Source: an uncultured Methanomicrobiaceae archaeon
GTDB lineage: Archaea > Halobacteriota > Methanomicrobia > Methanomicrobiales > Methanoculleaceae
Direction of reading: 5' to 3'
Assembly: GCA_963826525.1 (NCBI GenBank)
Contig: CAWGXH010000003.1
Location: 576,001-640,000 of the forward strand
DNA: 64,000 nucleotides
How positions within the stretch are numbered: the first letter of the stretch is position 1; every line of letters begins with the position of its first letter. Under the pieces are notes generated by a model. It saw only the letters and a list, made by a program, of their open reading frames with translations, was not told where the DNA came from and searched no databases. Of the stretch, positions 32,529 through 42,825 are shown piece after piece. Made by a program: the position numbers and the translations under genes.

Positions 32529-33828
32529 GAACGCGGAGCGGCTGGTCCGGTTCGGAGGCGGCAGCGGGGACCAGGCGGCAGGTGACGATGCCCCGGTGCT
32601 CCGTGTCGCCGGAGACGGCGAAGTACTCGAGGCAAACGAGGCGAGTCTCCCGCTCCTTGCCTACTGGAATCTCCTTATCGGGGATCGGCTCCCCGGCCCA
32701 TGGCTCGGGGCGATCGAGGCCGTTCTCACGACCGGGGAGGAGGAGCGGGTCGATCTCTCGACGGAGACGAACGCCTACTCGCTTACGTTCACCCCCGCCG
32801 GCGACGGGGAGTGCGTCATCCTCTCCGTTCGGGAAGCTGCCGAAAGCAGAGGGAGCGACCTTGGATGCCTGGAGTTCCTCTGCGGCATGCAGAGCGGCGT
32901 CGCCATCTTCAGTGCGTGCGATAACGGAAGATCCTTCCTTGTCACCTCTCTCAATCCCGCCGCAGAGCAGAGGGGCGGTGTCGGGATTGCGGGTTTCGTC
33001 GGGAGACGGATAACCGATCCTTCAGGCGGTGCGGAGTCGCCCGGGATCATCGATGCACTCCGTCGGGTCTGGAAGACGGGCAGTCCCGAATATCTCCCGT
33101 TGCAGTTCTACCGGGACGGACGTCTTGCCCTCTGGTGCGAGATCCATCTCTGCCGCCTCCCTTCAGGAGAAGTTGTCGCCGTCGTTGATGACAAAACCGA
33201 ACAGAAGCGGATGGAAACCTCCCTCATCGAGAGCGAAGAGAAGTTTCGGGGCATCGCTCAGCGCAGTTTCGATCTGATCTTCATGTCCGACCGCGACGGG
33301 GCGATTACGTACGCCTCGCCTGCGGTGCAGCGGGTGCTCGGATGCGCACCTGATGCGATCACCGGCAGGAGGTTCCGGGAGTATGTCGCTCACCACAACC
33401 GTTCTGTATTCCTCCGGGCATCGCGACGGCTGCTTGCAGGGCAGGATGTGGAAGGCCTGATCCTCGAATGTGTGCGGAACGACGGCTCGCCCGTCTTCGT
33501 GGAGATCAACGCGTCCCCCATCGTCAGGAACGGCGTTGTCACGGGGATCCAGGGGGTCGGCAGGGATGTCACCGGGCGGATCTCTGCGGAACACCAGAAA
33601 AAGCAGGCATACGATCAGATCAGCCGCAATATCGAGCAGTTTGCTATTCTCGGGGATCACATCCGCCAGCCGCTCCAGGTGATCCTCGGGACTGCCGATA
33701 TCATCGGCGACGAGAGGAGCGACACGCTGGTCCAGCAGGTCAGACGGATCAACAATATCATCAGGCAGCTCGACCAGGGATGGATCGAGTCGCGCAAAGT
33801 ACAGGAGTTTCTTCGACGGTACGAGTAA
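32521..33828 (+). CDS. PAS protein with DHp-like tail and no HATPase
   Basis: PAS domains; ends NIEQFAILGDHIRQPL..LDQGWIESRKVQEFLRRYE; ATG overlaps the kinase stop. Confidence 0.88.
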   Translation: MYENAERLVRFGGGSGDQAAGDDAPVLRVAGDGEVLEANEASLPLLAYWNLLIGDRLPGPWLGAIEAVLTTGEEERVDLSTETNAYSLTFTPAGDGECVILSVREAAESRGSDLGCLEFLCGMQSGVAIFSACDNGRSFLVTSLNPAAEQRGGVGIAGFVGRRITDPSGGAESPGIIDALRRVWKTGSPEYLPLQFYRDGRLALWCEIHLCRLPSGEVVAVVDDKTEQKRMETSLIESEEKFRGIAQRSFDLIFMSDRDGAITYASPAVQRVLGCAPDAITGRRFREYVAHHNRSVFLRASRRLLAGQDVEGLILECVRNDGSPVFVEINASPIVRNGVVTGIQGVGRDVTGRISAEHQKKQAYDQISRNIEQFAILGDHIRQPLQVILGTADIIGDERSDTLVQQVRRINNIIRQLDQGWIESRKVQEFLRRYE

Positions 33829-33910
33829 CGGGCGTGCCATCAGGCGCGTTGCCGGGTTTTTCTCCATCGACAAAAACCTATATCTCATCTCCTGCACATC
33901 TCATGCCCGT

Positions 33911-34287
33911 ATGGCGACCCGGAGACAGATTGAGGCTACGCGTGAGAACCTGAAACGAGCCCAGAAATCCTGGCATGAGATGAATCGCCGCGAGCACTCA
34001 CCGGAGACGCCGGAGGATGATGAGAGCGTTCACCCCGGGGACGAACGATCGGCAGCGGACGACCGGTTTCTGGCATGGTCGCGGATGATCATGACGGAAC
34101 CTGACCGGCTCACACCGGCACAGCGCCGGGCACGGCAGGAGAATATCAAGAAGGCTCAGAGAGCCCGCAGTTATGAGTCCTGGACGAAGAAGGAGCTCTA
34201 CGAGCGGGCGACACAGACTCGGTATCCATGGCCGTTCGCAGATGGCGAAAAGCGAGCCTGATCGAGGCGCTGCGGGCGAAACAGTAG
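33911..34287 (+). CDS. Small basic protein with C-terminal Rho-N-like (HEH) domain, frame breaks near 34213-34257
   Basis: TKKELYERA..LGIHGRSQMAKS..LIEALR read across indels; internal repeat RENLKRAQ / QENIKKAQ. Confidence 0.65.
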
Positions 34288-34349
34288 AGCCGCCTCTCCG
34301 AGGGTCGCCGCCAGCCCGCCGGGAGTGTTCTTCCCCCGCTTCACGTCAT

Positions 34350-34973
34350 CTATCCGGCCTTCCGGAACACTGCCTCAATCTCGACCCTCGGGTAGTCTTT
34401 TCCCCTGATCCGCATCTGCCACCGGTGGGTCTGCACGCGGACGGGAGTCAGCATGGAGAAGAGGTCGGCGGTCTCTTCAGCGGTGAAGTAGTGGGTGAGA
34501 ATGGCATCGCCGCGCCGGTAGGTCCGCTCCTCGACCTCTGTTCCCTTTCCCGCCCGCATATCCTCCGTGGAGAAAGCCCGGAAGAAGAGGAGGCCTCTGT
34601 CCCGCAGAACGCGGGAGGTCTCGGCTGCAATGCGGGCTCGGCCGTCTGCGAGCAGATGACCGGCGATGTGGAAGAGGAATACGGCGTCGAAGCAGCCGTC
34701 CCGGAGAGGAAGCGAGCAGGCGTCGGCGACAAGCAGGCGGGTGCCGGACGCTCCGAACCGCGTGCGGCTCATACCGACGGCGCTCGGCGAGATGTCGAGC
34801 GCCGTTATGACCCAGCGCTGCTCTGCCATTGCCGCGAGTGTCTTGCCGTCCCCGCACCCGAGCTCGAGGACGGACGAGCCCGGCGGCAGCTCCGGAAGGC
34901 GCTGGGTGACGCCGCCCCAGAGCCTGCCCCGGCGTGCGTAGTCGTTCTCCCACGGTGCAAAGCCTGTATCCAC
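34350..34973 (-). CDS. Class I SAM-dependent methyltransferase
   Basis: VLELGCGDGK, ALDISPSAV, ADACSLP..FDAV. Confidence 0.88.
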   Translation of the reverse strand: MDTGFAPWENDYARRGRLWGGVTQRLPELPPGSSVLELGCGDGKTLAAMAEQRWVITALDISPSAVGMSRTRFGASGTRLLVADACSLPLRDGCFDAVFLFHIAGHLLADGRARIAAETSRVLRDRGLLFFRAFSTEDMRAGKGTEVEERTYRRGDAILTHYFTAEETADLFSMLTPVRVQTHRWQMRIRGKDYPRVEIEAVFRKAG

Positions 34974-34999
34974 GGATCTATGGTTGCACGGAATGCAGG

Positions 35000-35480
35000 T
35001 TAAATGGTTCGCGTGTCGGGCACGAACTGCAGGGATGCCGAGTTCATGCAGTATCGCTTGTGCGTCGGCGGCGGGCCGTCGTCGAAGACGTGGCCGAGGT
35101 GCGCGTCGCACCGCCGGCAGAGCGCTTCGGTCCGGGTCATGAACAGACTCTTATCGCTCTTCGTGGCGACGTTCAGATCCGAGACCGGTTCAAAGAAACT
35201 CGGCCACCCCGTTCCCGACTCGAACTTCGCCTCGGACCGAAAGAGGTCGGTCGAGCAGCAGACGCACTGGTAGATTCCCTTCTCTTTGCAGTCCCAGTAG
35301 CGCCCGGTGAACGCGGTCTCGGTGCCTGCCTTCCGGGCGACGTAGAACTGTTGCGGCGTCGAGCTGTTTTTGCCATTCTTCGTCCGTCTTTCGGACCTTC
35401 TCGACCAGTTCCACCGAATCGGTTTCGGCATTATAGATCCTGACGAGCTCCTGCTCGCCTGCGGATACTGTAGGTTCCAT
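35000..35480 (-). CDS. msrB: Peptide-methionine (R)-S-oxide reductase, frame break near 35366
   Basis: KTDEEW, GTE.AF, KFESGTGWPSF, RTEALC..CDAHLGHVFDDGP, RYCMNS. Confidence 0.95.
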
Positions 35481-35566
35481 TGTTACTCCTCCCGTGCACG
35501 AAGCAGACTTGTCGAAGGTATATAAAATAGTCTCCTCCCGGCATCCGCACCGGGAGGCAGCGTGCA

Positions 35567-36616
35567 TTAACTCTGATTGTAATGCTTCCGGAGGAACCGT
35601 CGCACCTTCTCGGACTCCACCCAGCCCCGGTCGAGCCGGTCGACGATGCCGTTGATGACCGCTGCCTGCTCGAGGATCTTCCCCGAGTAGGGCGTCTCCT
35701 CGATCCCGGCGAGGCCGACGATAACGGCCAGCGGGTTCCGGATATGATCGCCGAGCACGGCAAACTGCTCGATGTTCTGCTCGATCTGCTCGAAGGACTT
35801 CTTTCGGATCTCTTCGGTGCGCTTCCGTTCGGATATATCTCGCGAGATCGACAGAACGGTCGGTCGTCCCTGCAGAAGGAACCGGATGGCGTTTATCTCG
35901 ACGGGTATCCGCTCGCCGTCTTTCGTGACATGCTCCATCTCGAGGAGGATCCGGTCGGTCACCCTGAACTGTTTCAGAACTGCCGAGATCTCTCCGATCT
36001 TCTCCGGGGGGGTGATATCGAGCGGCGATAGACGAAGCAGCTCGTCCCGGGTATACCCGAGCCTTCTCGCGGCGACCTCGTTTACCTCGATGAACCGCAC
36101 CGGCATGGCGTCCGGCGAGAGCTCGAAGACGAGGACGGCATCGTTCCCCTTGTTAAAGAGCATCCGGTATCGTTCTTCACTCTCGGAAAGCCGCCGCTCG
36201 GTCGTCTTCCACCGGGTTATCTTCCGGTAGATGTCGAGCCGGTGCTGCAGCATCGGGTAGATCTTGAGCATCCGGCTGGTGTACTCGAGCCAGAACTCCT
36301 GCCCTTCCGGGGTGACGGCGTGGAGTTCGAGGTTATGGACGTTCTGCTGCTCCCTGTTTGCGGAGAGGACGGCGTCCGATACCTCCTCCGCACGCTCGAG
36401 AGTCGGGGCGATGATTGTCCGGAAGAACTCCTCGCCCTGCATCCCGGCGACCTCCCGGTCACGGAGGCTGAAGAACCTCCTCATTGCGGCATTCACCCAC
36501 CTGATCCTTCCGTCCCGTCCGACGAGGACGACGCCGTCTTCGAGTTCGTTCAGTACATGGAAGATGGTGAAGAGGAAGAACATCGACATATCCGCATTTT
36601 TCTCAACGTGCATCAT
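35567..36616 (-). CDS. Two-PAS protein with DHp-like tail and no HATPase
   Basis: Ends EQNIEQFAVLGDHIRNPL..LDRGWVESEKVRRFLRKH. Confidence 0.88.
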   Translation of the reverse strand: MMHVEKNADMSMFFLFTIFHVLNELEDGVVLVGRDGRIRWVNAAMRRFFSLRDREVAGMQGEEFFRTIIAPTLERAEEVSDAVLSANREQQNVHNLELHAVTPEGQEFWLEYTSRMLKIYPMLQHRLDIYRKITRWKTTERRLSESEERYRMLFNKGNDAVLVFELSPDAMPVRFIEVNEVAARRLGYTRDELLRLSPLDITPPEKIGEISAVLKQFRVTDRILLEMEHVTKDGERIPVEINAIRFLLQGRPTVLSISRDISERKRTEEIRKKSFEQIEQNIEQFAVLGDHIRNPLAVIVGLAGIEETPYSGKILEQAAVINGIVDRLDRGWVESEKVRRFLRKHYNQS

Positions 36617-36820
36617 GCTGAATCACCCTATAGTCCATTCGGTTTTCCTATCGCCGTAGGAAGTACATTTCCATGATTGTTTTATAAACATTGTGAAAGT
36701 ACTCTGCTCTCTCAGCATTCCATTCACGGATTATACCGGTTATGACCTGCCCGCAGGAGAAGCATGGATGGTGTGCGATGCAATTCGGATCGGTTAAATC
36801 CCGTCCCACCCCTGAGAAGA

Positions 36821-37261
36821 ATGATGAGAAAACCCGGCATGGTATGTCTCCTTCTGGTCTTCTGTCTTGCATGCATCCCCGGTTGCATGACGCAGCCGGG
36901 AGAGCCCGCATCTCCTGCGGCGACGCCCGTCGAGACCCCCGGTCCTGCAGCGGAACTCTCGGCAGGGCCGCACCCCTCGTTCGACTCCTCGGTCGTGAGC
37001 CTGCAGAAACACTACCGGACCGATGGTTCCTGTTACTGGGTGGCCACGGCAAAGGTCACCAATACCGGTGACGTCGCCGGAAGCGGTGTCGTTGTCAGAT
37101 TTAAACTGGTGGACGACGAGAGCGGCAGCATCCGCTCGACCGGAACCGAGTTTCTCTCCCGGTTCGGTGCGCGGGATACGAAACAGTTCACCCGGGAACT
37201 GAACGGCGAGTGCGATCGGTCGTATCACCTCGAGATCGAGACGCTCTACGATATCTCCTGA
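36821..37261 (+). CDS. Predicted lipoprotein with Ig-like (FxLYD-like) domain
   Basis: Signal peptide with IPGC lipobox, Pro/Thr linker, VTNTGD..VRFKLVD. Confidence 0.7.
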   Translation: MMRKPGMVCLLLVFCLACIPGCMTQPGEPASPAATPVETPGPAAELSAGPHPSFDSSVVSLQKHYRTDGSCYWVATAKVTNTGDVAGSGVVVRFKLVDDESGSIRSTGTEFLSRFGARDTKQFTRELNGECDRSYHLEIETLYDIS

Positions 37262-37327
37262 CCCGGCCGGTGCGGCAGCAAGAGAGAAGAATTATTTCGG
37301 TCTGTGCCGAGTAGCGGGAGGAGACTT

Positions 37328-38023
37328 ATGAGAATACTTGGGATTAACGGGAGCCCACGCGGGTCGAAGAGCCAGACGCTGCGGCTGCTGAGCGCGGTGC
37401 TCGACGGTGCCCGCTCGGCCGGGGCGGAGGTTGAGATGGTGGATGTCTGCAAACTCCGGATCGAGTACTGCAACGGATGCACCGTCTGCTACGAGCGTGG
37501 CGAGTGCGTCCGGAAAGACGACTTTACCGGGCTGTATCAAAAGATGCTCGAGAGTGACGGCATCGTCTTTTCCTCCCCGAACTACATCAACTCCGTTACG
37601 GGGCAGGTGAAGACGATCCTCGACCGGATGGCGGACGCCATCCACTGCCAGATCTTCACCGGCAAGTACGGCTGCGCCGTCTCCACCGCCGGGGGTTCCG
37701 GGGCGGACGAGGTTGCCGACTACTTAAACAGCGTCCTGCAGGTTCTCGGGGCGAACACGGTCGGCAAAGTCGGCGTCGTCCTCGGCCCTGACCCGGAGGC
37801 GATCATCCCGGCGGAGCGGCATGCCTACGAACTCGGAAGAGCCCTTGTCGACGCTATTCTGAACCGGACGACCTACCCGGAGCAGGAGGAACTGCACGCG
37901 GCAATGACCGACCGCATGCGGCGTCTCGTCATCGCGAACAAAGATCGCTGGCACCACGAGTACGAGCACTGGAGCAGGATCGGTACGGTGGCGGAGCGGC
38001 TTGAAGAGGGGAGGCCGGAATAA
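37328..38023 (+). CDS. Iron-sulfur flavoprotein (Isf/flavodoxin family)
   Basis: ILGINGSPR, CNGCTVCYERGEC, DGIVFSSPNY. Confidence 0.9.
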   Translation: MRILGINGSPRGSKSQTLRLLSAVLDGARSAGAEVEMVDVCKLRIEYCNGCTVCYERGECVRKDDFTGLYQKMLESDGIVFSSPNYINSVTGQVKTILDRMADAIHCQIFTGKYGCAVSTAGGSGADEVADYLNSVLQVLGANTVGKVGVVLGPDPEAIIPAERHAYELGRALVDAILNRTTYPEQEELHAAMTDRMRRLVIANKDRWHHEYEHWSRIGTVAERLEEGRPE

Positions 38024-38038
38024 TCCTCTCTCCCGTGC

Positions 38039-41000
38039 TCATTCATCCGTCTCCCGGAGGATGCGCCGGATCGTCTCTGCGAGCTCCGGTTCTGCAGTGG
38101 CGAGATACTCGGTGAGGTAACTGCGTGCCGTCTCGCCCATCTCGATGAGGGCACGCTCCGCACGCCGCCTGACGGCAAAATGATCGTCCCGGAGCGCCCG
38201 GAGGAGCGGTGCTGCCGCATCCGTTCCCCCGATCCGCGCGATCGTCTTCACGGCGCTTATCCGGACATCGGCAGAGAGATTGTCGAGCTCTTCTGCGAGT
38301 GTCTCGATGGCGACCGCTCCCATCCGTTCGACCTCGGCCCAGCGCTCTCTTGCTAGTAAGTAGTAGACCTGTTCCGCCTCTGTTCCGGGCGTCCAGCCGA
38401 GGCTCTCGAGTGCCTCCGCAACCCCGAGCTTCAGCTCCCGGTCACCGTGCCTGAGGGCGTCGAGGAGGTGGTCATGCACCACCCCGTTCGGGTCTTTCAG
38501 CGCCTCGAGCGCGGCATGGCGGACGCGGTCATCCACATCGTTGAGCGCATGGATCAGGGGTTCGATGGCGCGCCTATCACCGATATACCCGAGAGACCGC
38601 GCCGCGGCAATCTGTACGGTCTCGTCGCGGTCGCGGAGAGCAAGCGTGAGAGGCTCTATGGCCTGTTTCTTCCCCATGTAGCCGAGCGCCTCGGCTATAA
38701 CCGCCCGGACTTCGGAGTCCCGCTCGCGGTGCAGTGCAGCGATGAGCGTCTCGATAGACCGATCGTTTCCGATCTTTCCAAGGTTTCTCGCCGCAACAAT
38801 CCGTATTCTGCCGTCGTCGTCCGAAAGAGCATCCATGAGCGGTTCGACGGCGACCTCCCGCATCTCCCCGAGAACGCCGGCAGCGGCCGTCTGGATATCG
38901 GGGTCTTCATCCCTGAGAGCCCGGATCAGGCCTTCTGCGGCGGGCCTGCCCATCATGATCAGACGGGTTGCCGCCCCGAGCTGGGACGTCCAGGTCTTCT
39001 CCCGGAGCGCCTTGATGAGATTTCCAATCTCCTTCTCTCCGTGCTCGGTAAACGCCTTCGTATCTTCCTCAGTGATGCTCTTTGCTTTCTTCTTCCTCTT
39101 CGGCGCCGAGGACGCCGCCTCTACCTGCTCCCCGAGGGCTCTCCTCCAGACGTCGAGAACCTCGCGCTTCTTCAGCGCCTGCGATGCCTTCTCTCTCACG
39201 TCGGCATCGTCGTCGTGCAGTGCTCCGAGCAGCGCTTCCGTCGCCCGGTCGTCGACGATCTTCCAGAGTGCATCGATCGCCGCGAGGCGTTCGATCTTCG
39301 AGCCGCCTTTTAGCACCAGCGAGAGTGCGGCGATGGCCGGTGCGCCGATATCGCCGAGTGCCTGGGCAGCGCTCCACCGCACCTCCTGTCCCGGGTCGTT
39401 CAGACAGTCTATGAGTGGTGGAACCGCCCGCGGATCCTTCATGATCCCGAGCGCTCGTGCGGCGGCGACCCTGACTATCGTTGCCGGGTCGGCCAGAGCC
39501 GCGAGGAGGGCGTCGAGCGCCTCCTCGCCGATCGCCGCGAGGGCATCCGCAGCAGCGTGCCGGACGCCGACGTACGGGTCGCTGCAGAGATCCCGGAGCG
39601 GCCTGACCGCCCGCCGGTCGCGGAGCCTCCCGAGCGCTGCTGCGGCGGCGATCCTGACGTCCTGGTCGGTGTCGCCGAGCACTCCGGCGAGCGGCTCGAC
39701 GGCTCGCGTACCCCCCATATCGCCGAGCGCTTCCGCCGCAGCGATCCGGACGACGTAACTCTTGTCCCGGAGCGCTCCGATAAGGGCGTCGATTGCAGGC
39801 TCACCCATACCCCGCAGTGCTTCGATCGCAGCGGCCCGGACTTCCTCGCTATCGTCCTGCAATGCCTTGAGGTAGCGTTCGAGCGGGGTGAGCACGGTCT
39901 CATCCGTTTCTCCCTCCGGCTCTTCCGGCGGCTTTACCGGATCCGGAAGATCGAAGGTGGTGAGCGTCTCGTCCCGCTCGTCCTTCTGGAGCAGAGATGC
40001 ATCCTCATCATCGGGGAGTGCTTCGAAGATCTCCTCTTCAAACTCCGGCGGCAGCAGGTGATCCAGGGATAGCGCCGGTGCCTGCTCCACGGCCGCTTCC
40101 CGAAGACCCTCCTTCGCCTTCGTCCATGCCTGCATCGCCCGCCGGTTCTCCTCAATCAACTGCGAAAGGCTGACTTCGGGTTTTTTCGGCTGAACGGGGG
40201 CGGGCGTTCCCGATGCGGCACCCGGTGACGACGGCTTTTGGGAGGGCGGGGGCTTTGGTTCATTGCCGGCGGGCTTCTTTGCCTGGAAGGTCGGTCTGCC
40301 GTAGCGGTCTTCAAACCTCTTCTGGACGCCGAGCCCCTCTTTGAGCTCGCGTTCGTACCTGTCCGACTGCTCGACAACCGGCCGGGCACGCACCTCCGCT
40401 TCGTTCCATTGCCTGATGACCGCAATGGCGCGGACTGCCGCCTTCTGCTGAACGGGGTCTTTGCTCCTGCATTCCCGGGCGAGCGCTTCGAGAGCCGGTA
40501 CCCCGATCTTCTTGAGCGCTTCCGTCGCGCCCGACCGGACGCCGGAATGATCCTCCTTCAGTGCACGGATCAGCGGTTCGATGGCCGGCCGCCCCATCCC
40601 GACTAGCGCGTTCCACTGCTCTTTCGCTATCAGGTACTGCACCTTCTGGAGTGCGCTCTCCGGTTTCCAGCCAAGTCTGTCGAGTGCCCAGGCCGCCTCC
40701 ATCTGCACCTGGTGACAGTCCTTCTCCAGAGTCCTGAGAAGGGGGGGTCGCGCCCGGGAGTCACGGATCTCTCCGAGAGCCTCAACCGCCGCGGTTCGCA
40801 CCAGAATATCCGGGTCGTCGAGTGCTCGTATCAGGGCAGGGAGTGCCGGAGCCTCGTTGAGCCTTCCGAGCGTTCGTGCCGAATCCCTTCTGACCCGGGG
40901 ATCTTTATCGGTAAGCCCCTGGAGGAGAGCGGGTGCTGCGCCTCTCTTGAGTTTGACGAGCTCAGCATAGTCGCCCCGGAGAAAGTGATACTTCGCCGCA

Positions 41001-41522
41001 TCGTCCTGTTCGGACGGTTTCCATTTCAGCCGTGCAAGCGAACGGGCTGCCGCACGGGCCACCCGCCGGTCGGGATCGCCGAGCGCCTCCCTGAGCGGCG
41101 GGATACCCTGCGGACCGGTTCCCGAGAGAGCGATCGCCGCTCCCTGCCGTATGGCCGGCCGGGTATGGTGAAGTGCCGGAATAAAAGTATCAAGAGCAGA
41201 CTGTTCCGGTCCCGGCCAGTGCATCGGCCATGTTCTCCTGTGCATCTTCCGGGATCTGGATGAGAAGAGCGAGGAACAGCGGAAATACAGGCGCACCGGC
41301 GGAGAGAAGTCCTTCCGAGATCCACGCTCGATCGCCCGGGCTGCTTTGCTCAAGCCTCGCAACCAGCACGGGAACGGCAGCCGCACCGAGGCTGTAGAGT
41401 GCGACTGCGGCCTCTCTCCGAAGCGATGCATCCCCGGCCGCCAGCGCCTCTATCAGACCGTCGATATTCTTCTGCTCTTTTAATCGTCCGATATTCGGCC
41501 TGAATCTGTCAAAGATTGCCAT
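38039..41522 (-). CDS. Large PBS-lyase HEAT-repeat protein (about 1160 aa), frame break near 41205
   Basis: Many L..AL.D.D..VR.AAA.ALG repeats; N-terminus MAIFDRFRPNIGRLKEQKNIDGLIEAL. Confidence 0.9.
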
Positions 41523-41730
41523 GGTCGGTGCACGTCGTCCTGCCGCTCTGAAAACCCGAAAGGGCATCCCGGTTCTCCAAAGGGTGAATCCCGGCAGATA
41601 TACGTGGTAATTTCTCTTGCGAACCAATAAATGTTCCATTCTGTCTTTGGCGATCCGTCGGGATGTGTTATGGCCGCGAAACAAGGTGATGCCAATCTTT
41701 ATCGCAGAGAAGAGCGGTATACCGAAATCT

Positions 41731-42787
41731 ATGGTGGCGCTTGATATTACCCGGCTCCCTGCCGTAGTGCATACGCTCAACCCGGAAAAAGCTGCACTGT
41801 TTGCACGGATCTACTCATACTACAGCGAGACGGGACATCTTGTCCTGCCCGAGCAGATGCAGGACTGGGTGCACGAGAAGTACGGCGAGATCGAACGTCA
41901 GCAGATCGTCCGTGTGGTCAACACCCGGACGAACGAGAGCACGCTCTTTAATTCCGTCAGGGCACGGCGGCCGGTGATAACGATGCGGGCGGATGAGGCT
42001 CTCGTACTGCCCGAGTCGGGCGGCAAAGGGCCGTTCGCCGTTCCTCTCACGGAGACTCCCGAGGATACGTTCGGCAGAATCCACGGGGAACACTGGGTGA
42101 CGGCGAGCAACATCGCCAAGTACGATTACCTCCATGCCCTTATCATCTCACAGGAGAGCGAACCGTTCACGACCGACGAGGCCCGTCTCCTCGATCTCCT
42201 CAATGTCGCCGTCCGCTGGTGCCAGGAGGCGAACCGGGTTAATCCTTCGGCCGTGTATCCGTTCCTTATCTGGAATGTGCTCTGGCGGGCGGGAGCAAGC
42301 GTCGTCCACTGTCATGCGCAGATACTCCTAACGCATATGCCCTACAGCACGCCTGCCTGGATGGCACGGGTGCGGGACGAGTACCGGCGTGAGTACGGGA
42401 GCGAGTACTACGAAGATCTCTTTGCCGTCCATACCGAGCTCGGTCTCGGCTTCTCCTGCGGCGGTGCATCGGTGATGGCGTATCTCACCCCGAAGAAAGA
42501 GCATGAAGTGGTGCTGTTTGCAAAGACGCCGCACGATCTCGTCCCGGCGCTCTCGAGAGTTCTGCTCTGCTACCGGCGGATGGGTATCCGGAGACTTCAA
42601 CGTCGGCCTCTTTATGCCGCGTCTCGAAGAAGAGGACTATTACCTTGCCCGTATCGTCGACCGGGGGGATATTGCCGCACGCACCTCGGATATCGGCGGC
42701 ATGGAACTGTATGCCGGAACGCCCATCGTCGCTTCCGATCCGTTCCTGCTCATGGAGCATCTCTCAGCAGCAATAAACCCTGACTAG
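41731..42787 (+). CDS. GalT/HIT-superfamily nucleotidyltransferase-like protein, frame break near 42590
   Basis: TASNIAKYD..H, WNVLWRAGASVVHCHAQ (HxHxQ), SDIGGMELY..SDPF. Confidence 0.75.
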
Positions 42788-42825
42788 AGCGAATAAGCGT
42801 GCGCAGGTGGTTTTTCCACCACCTT

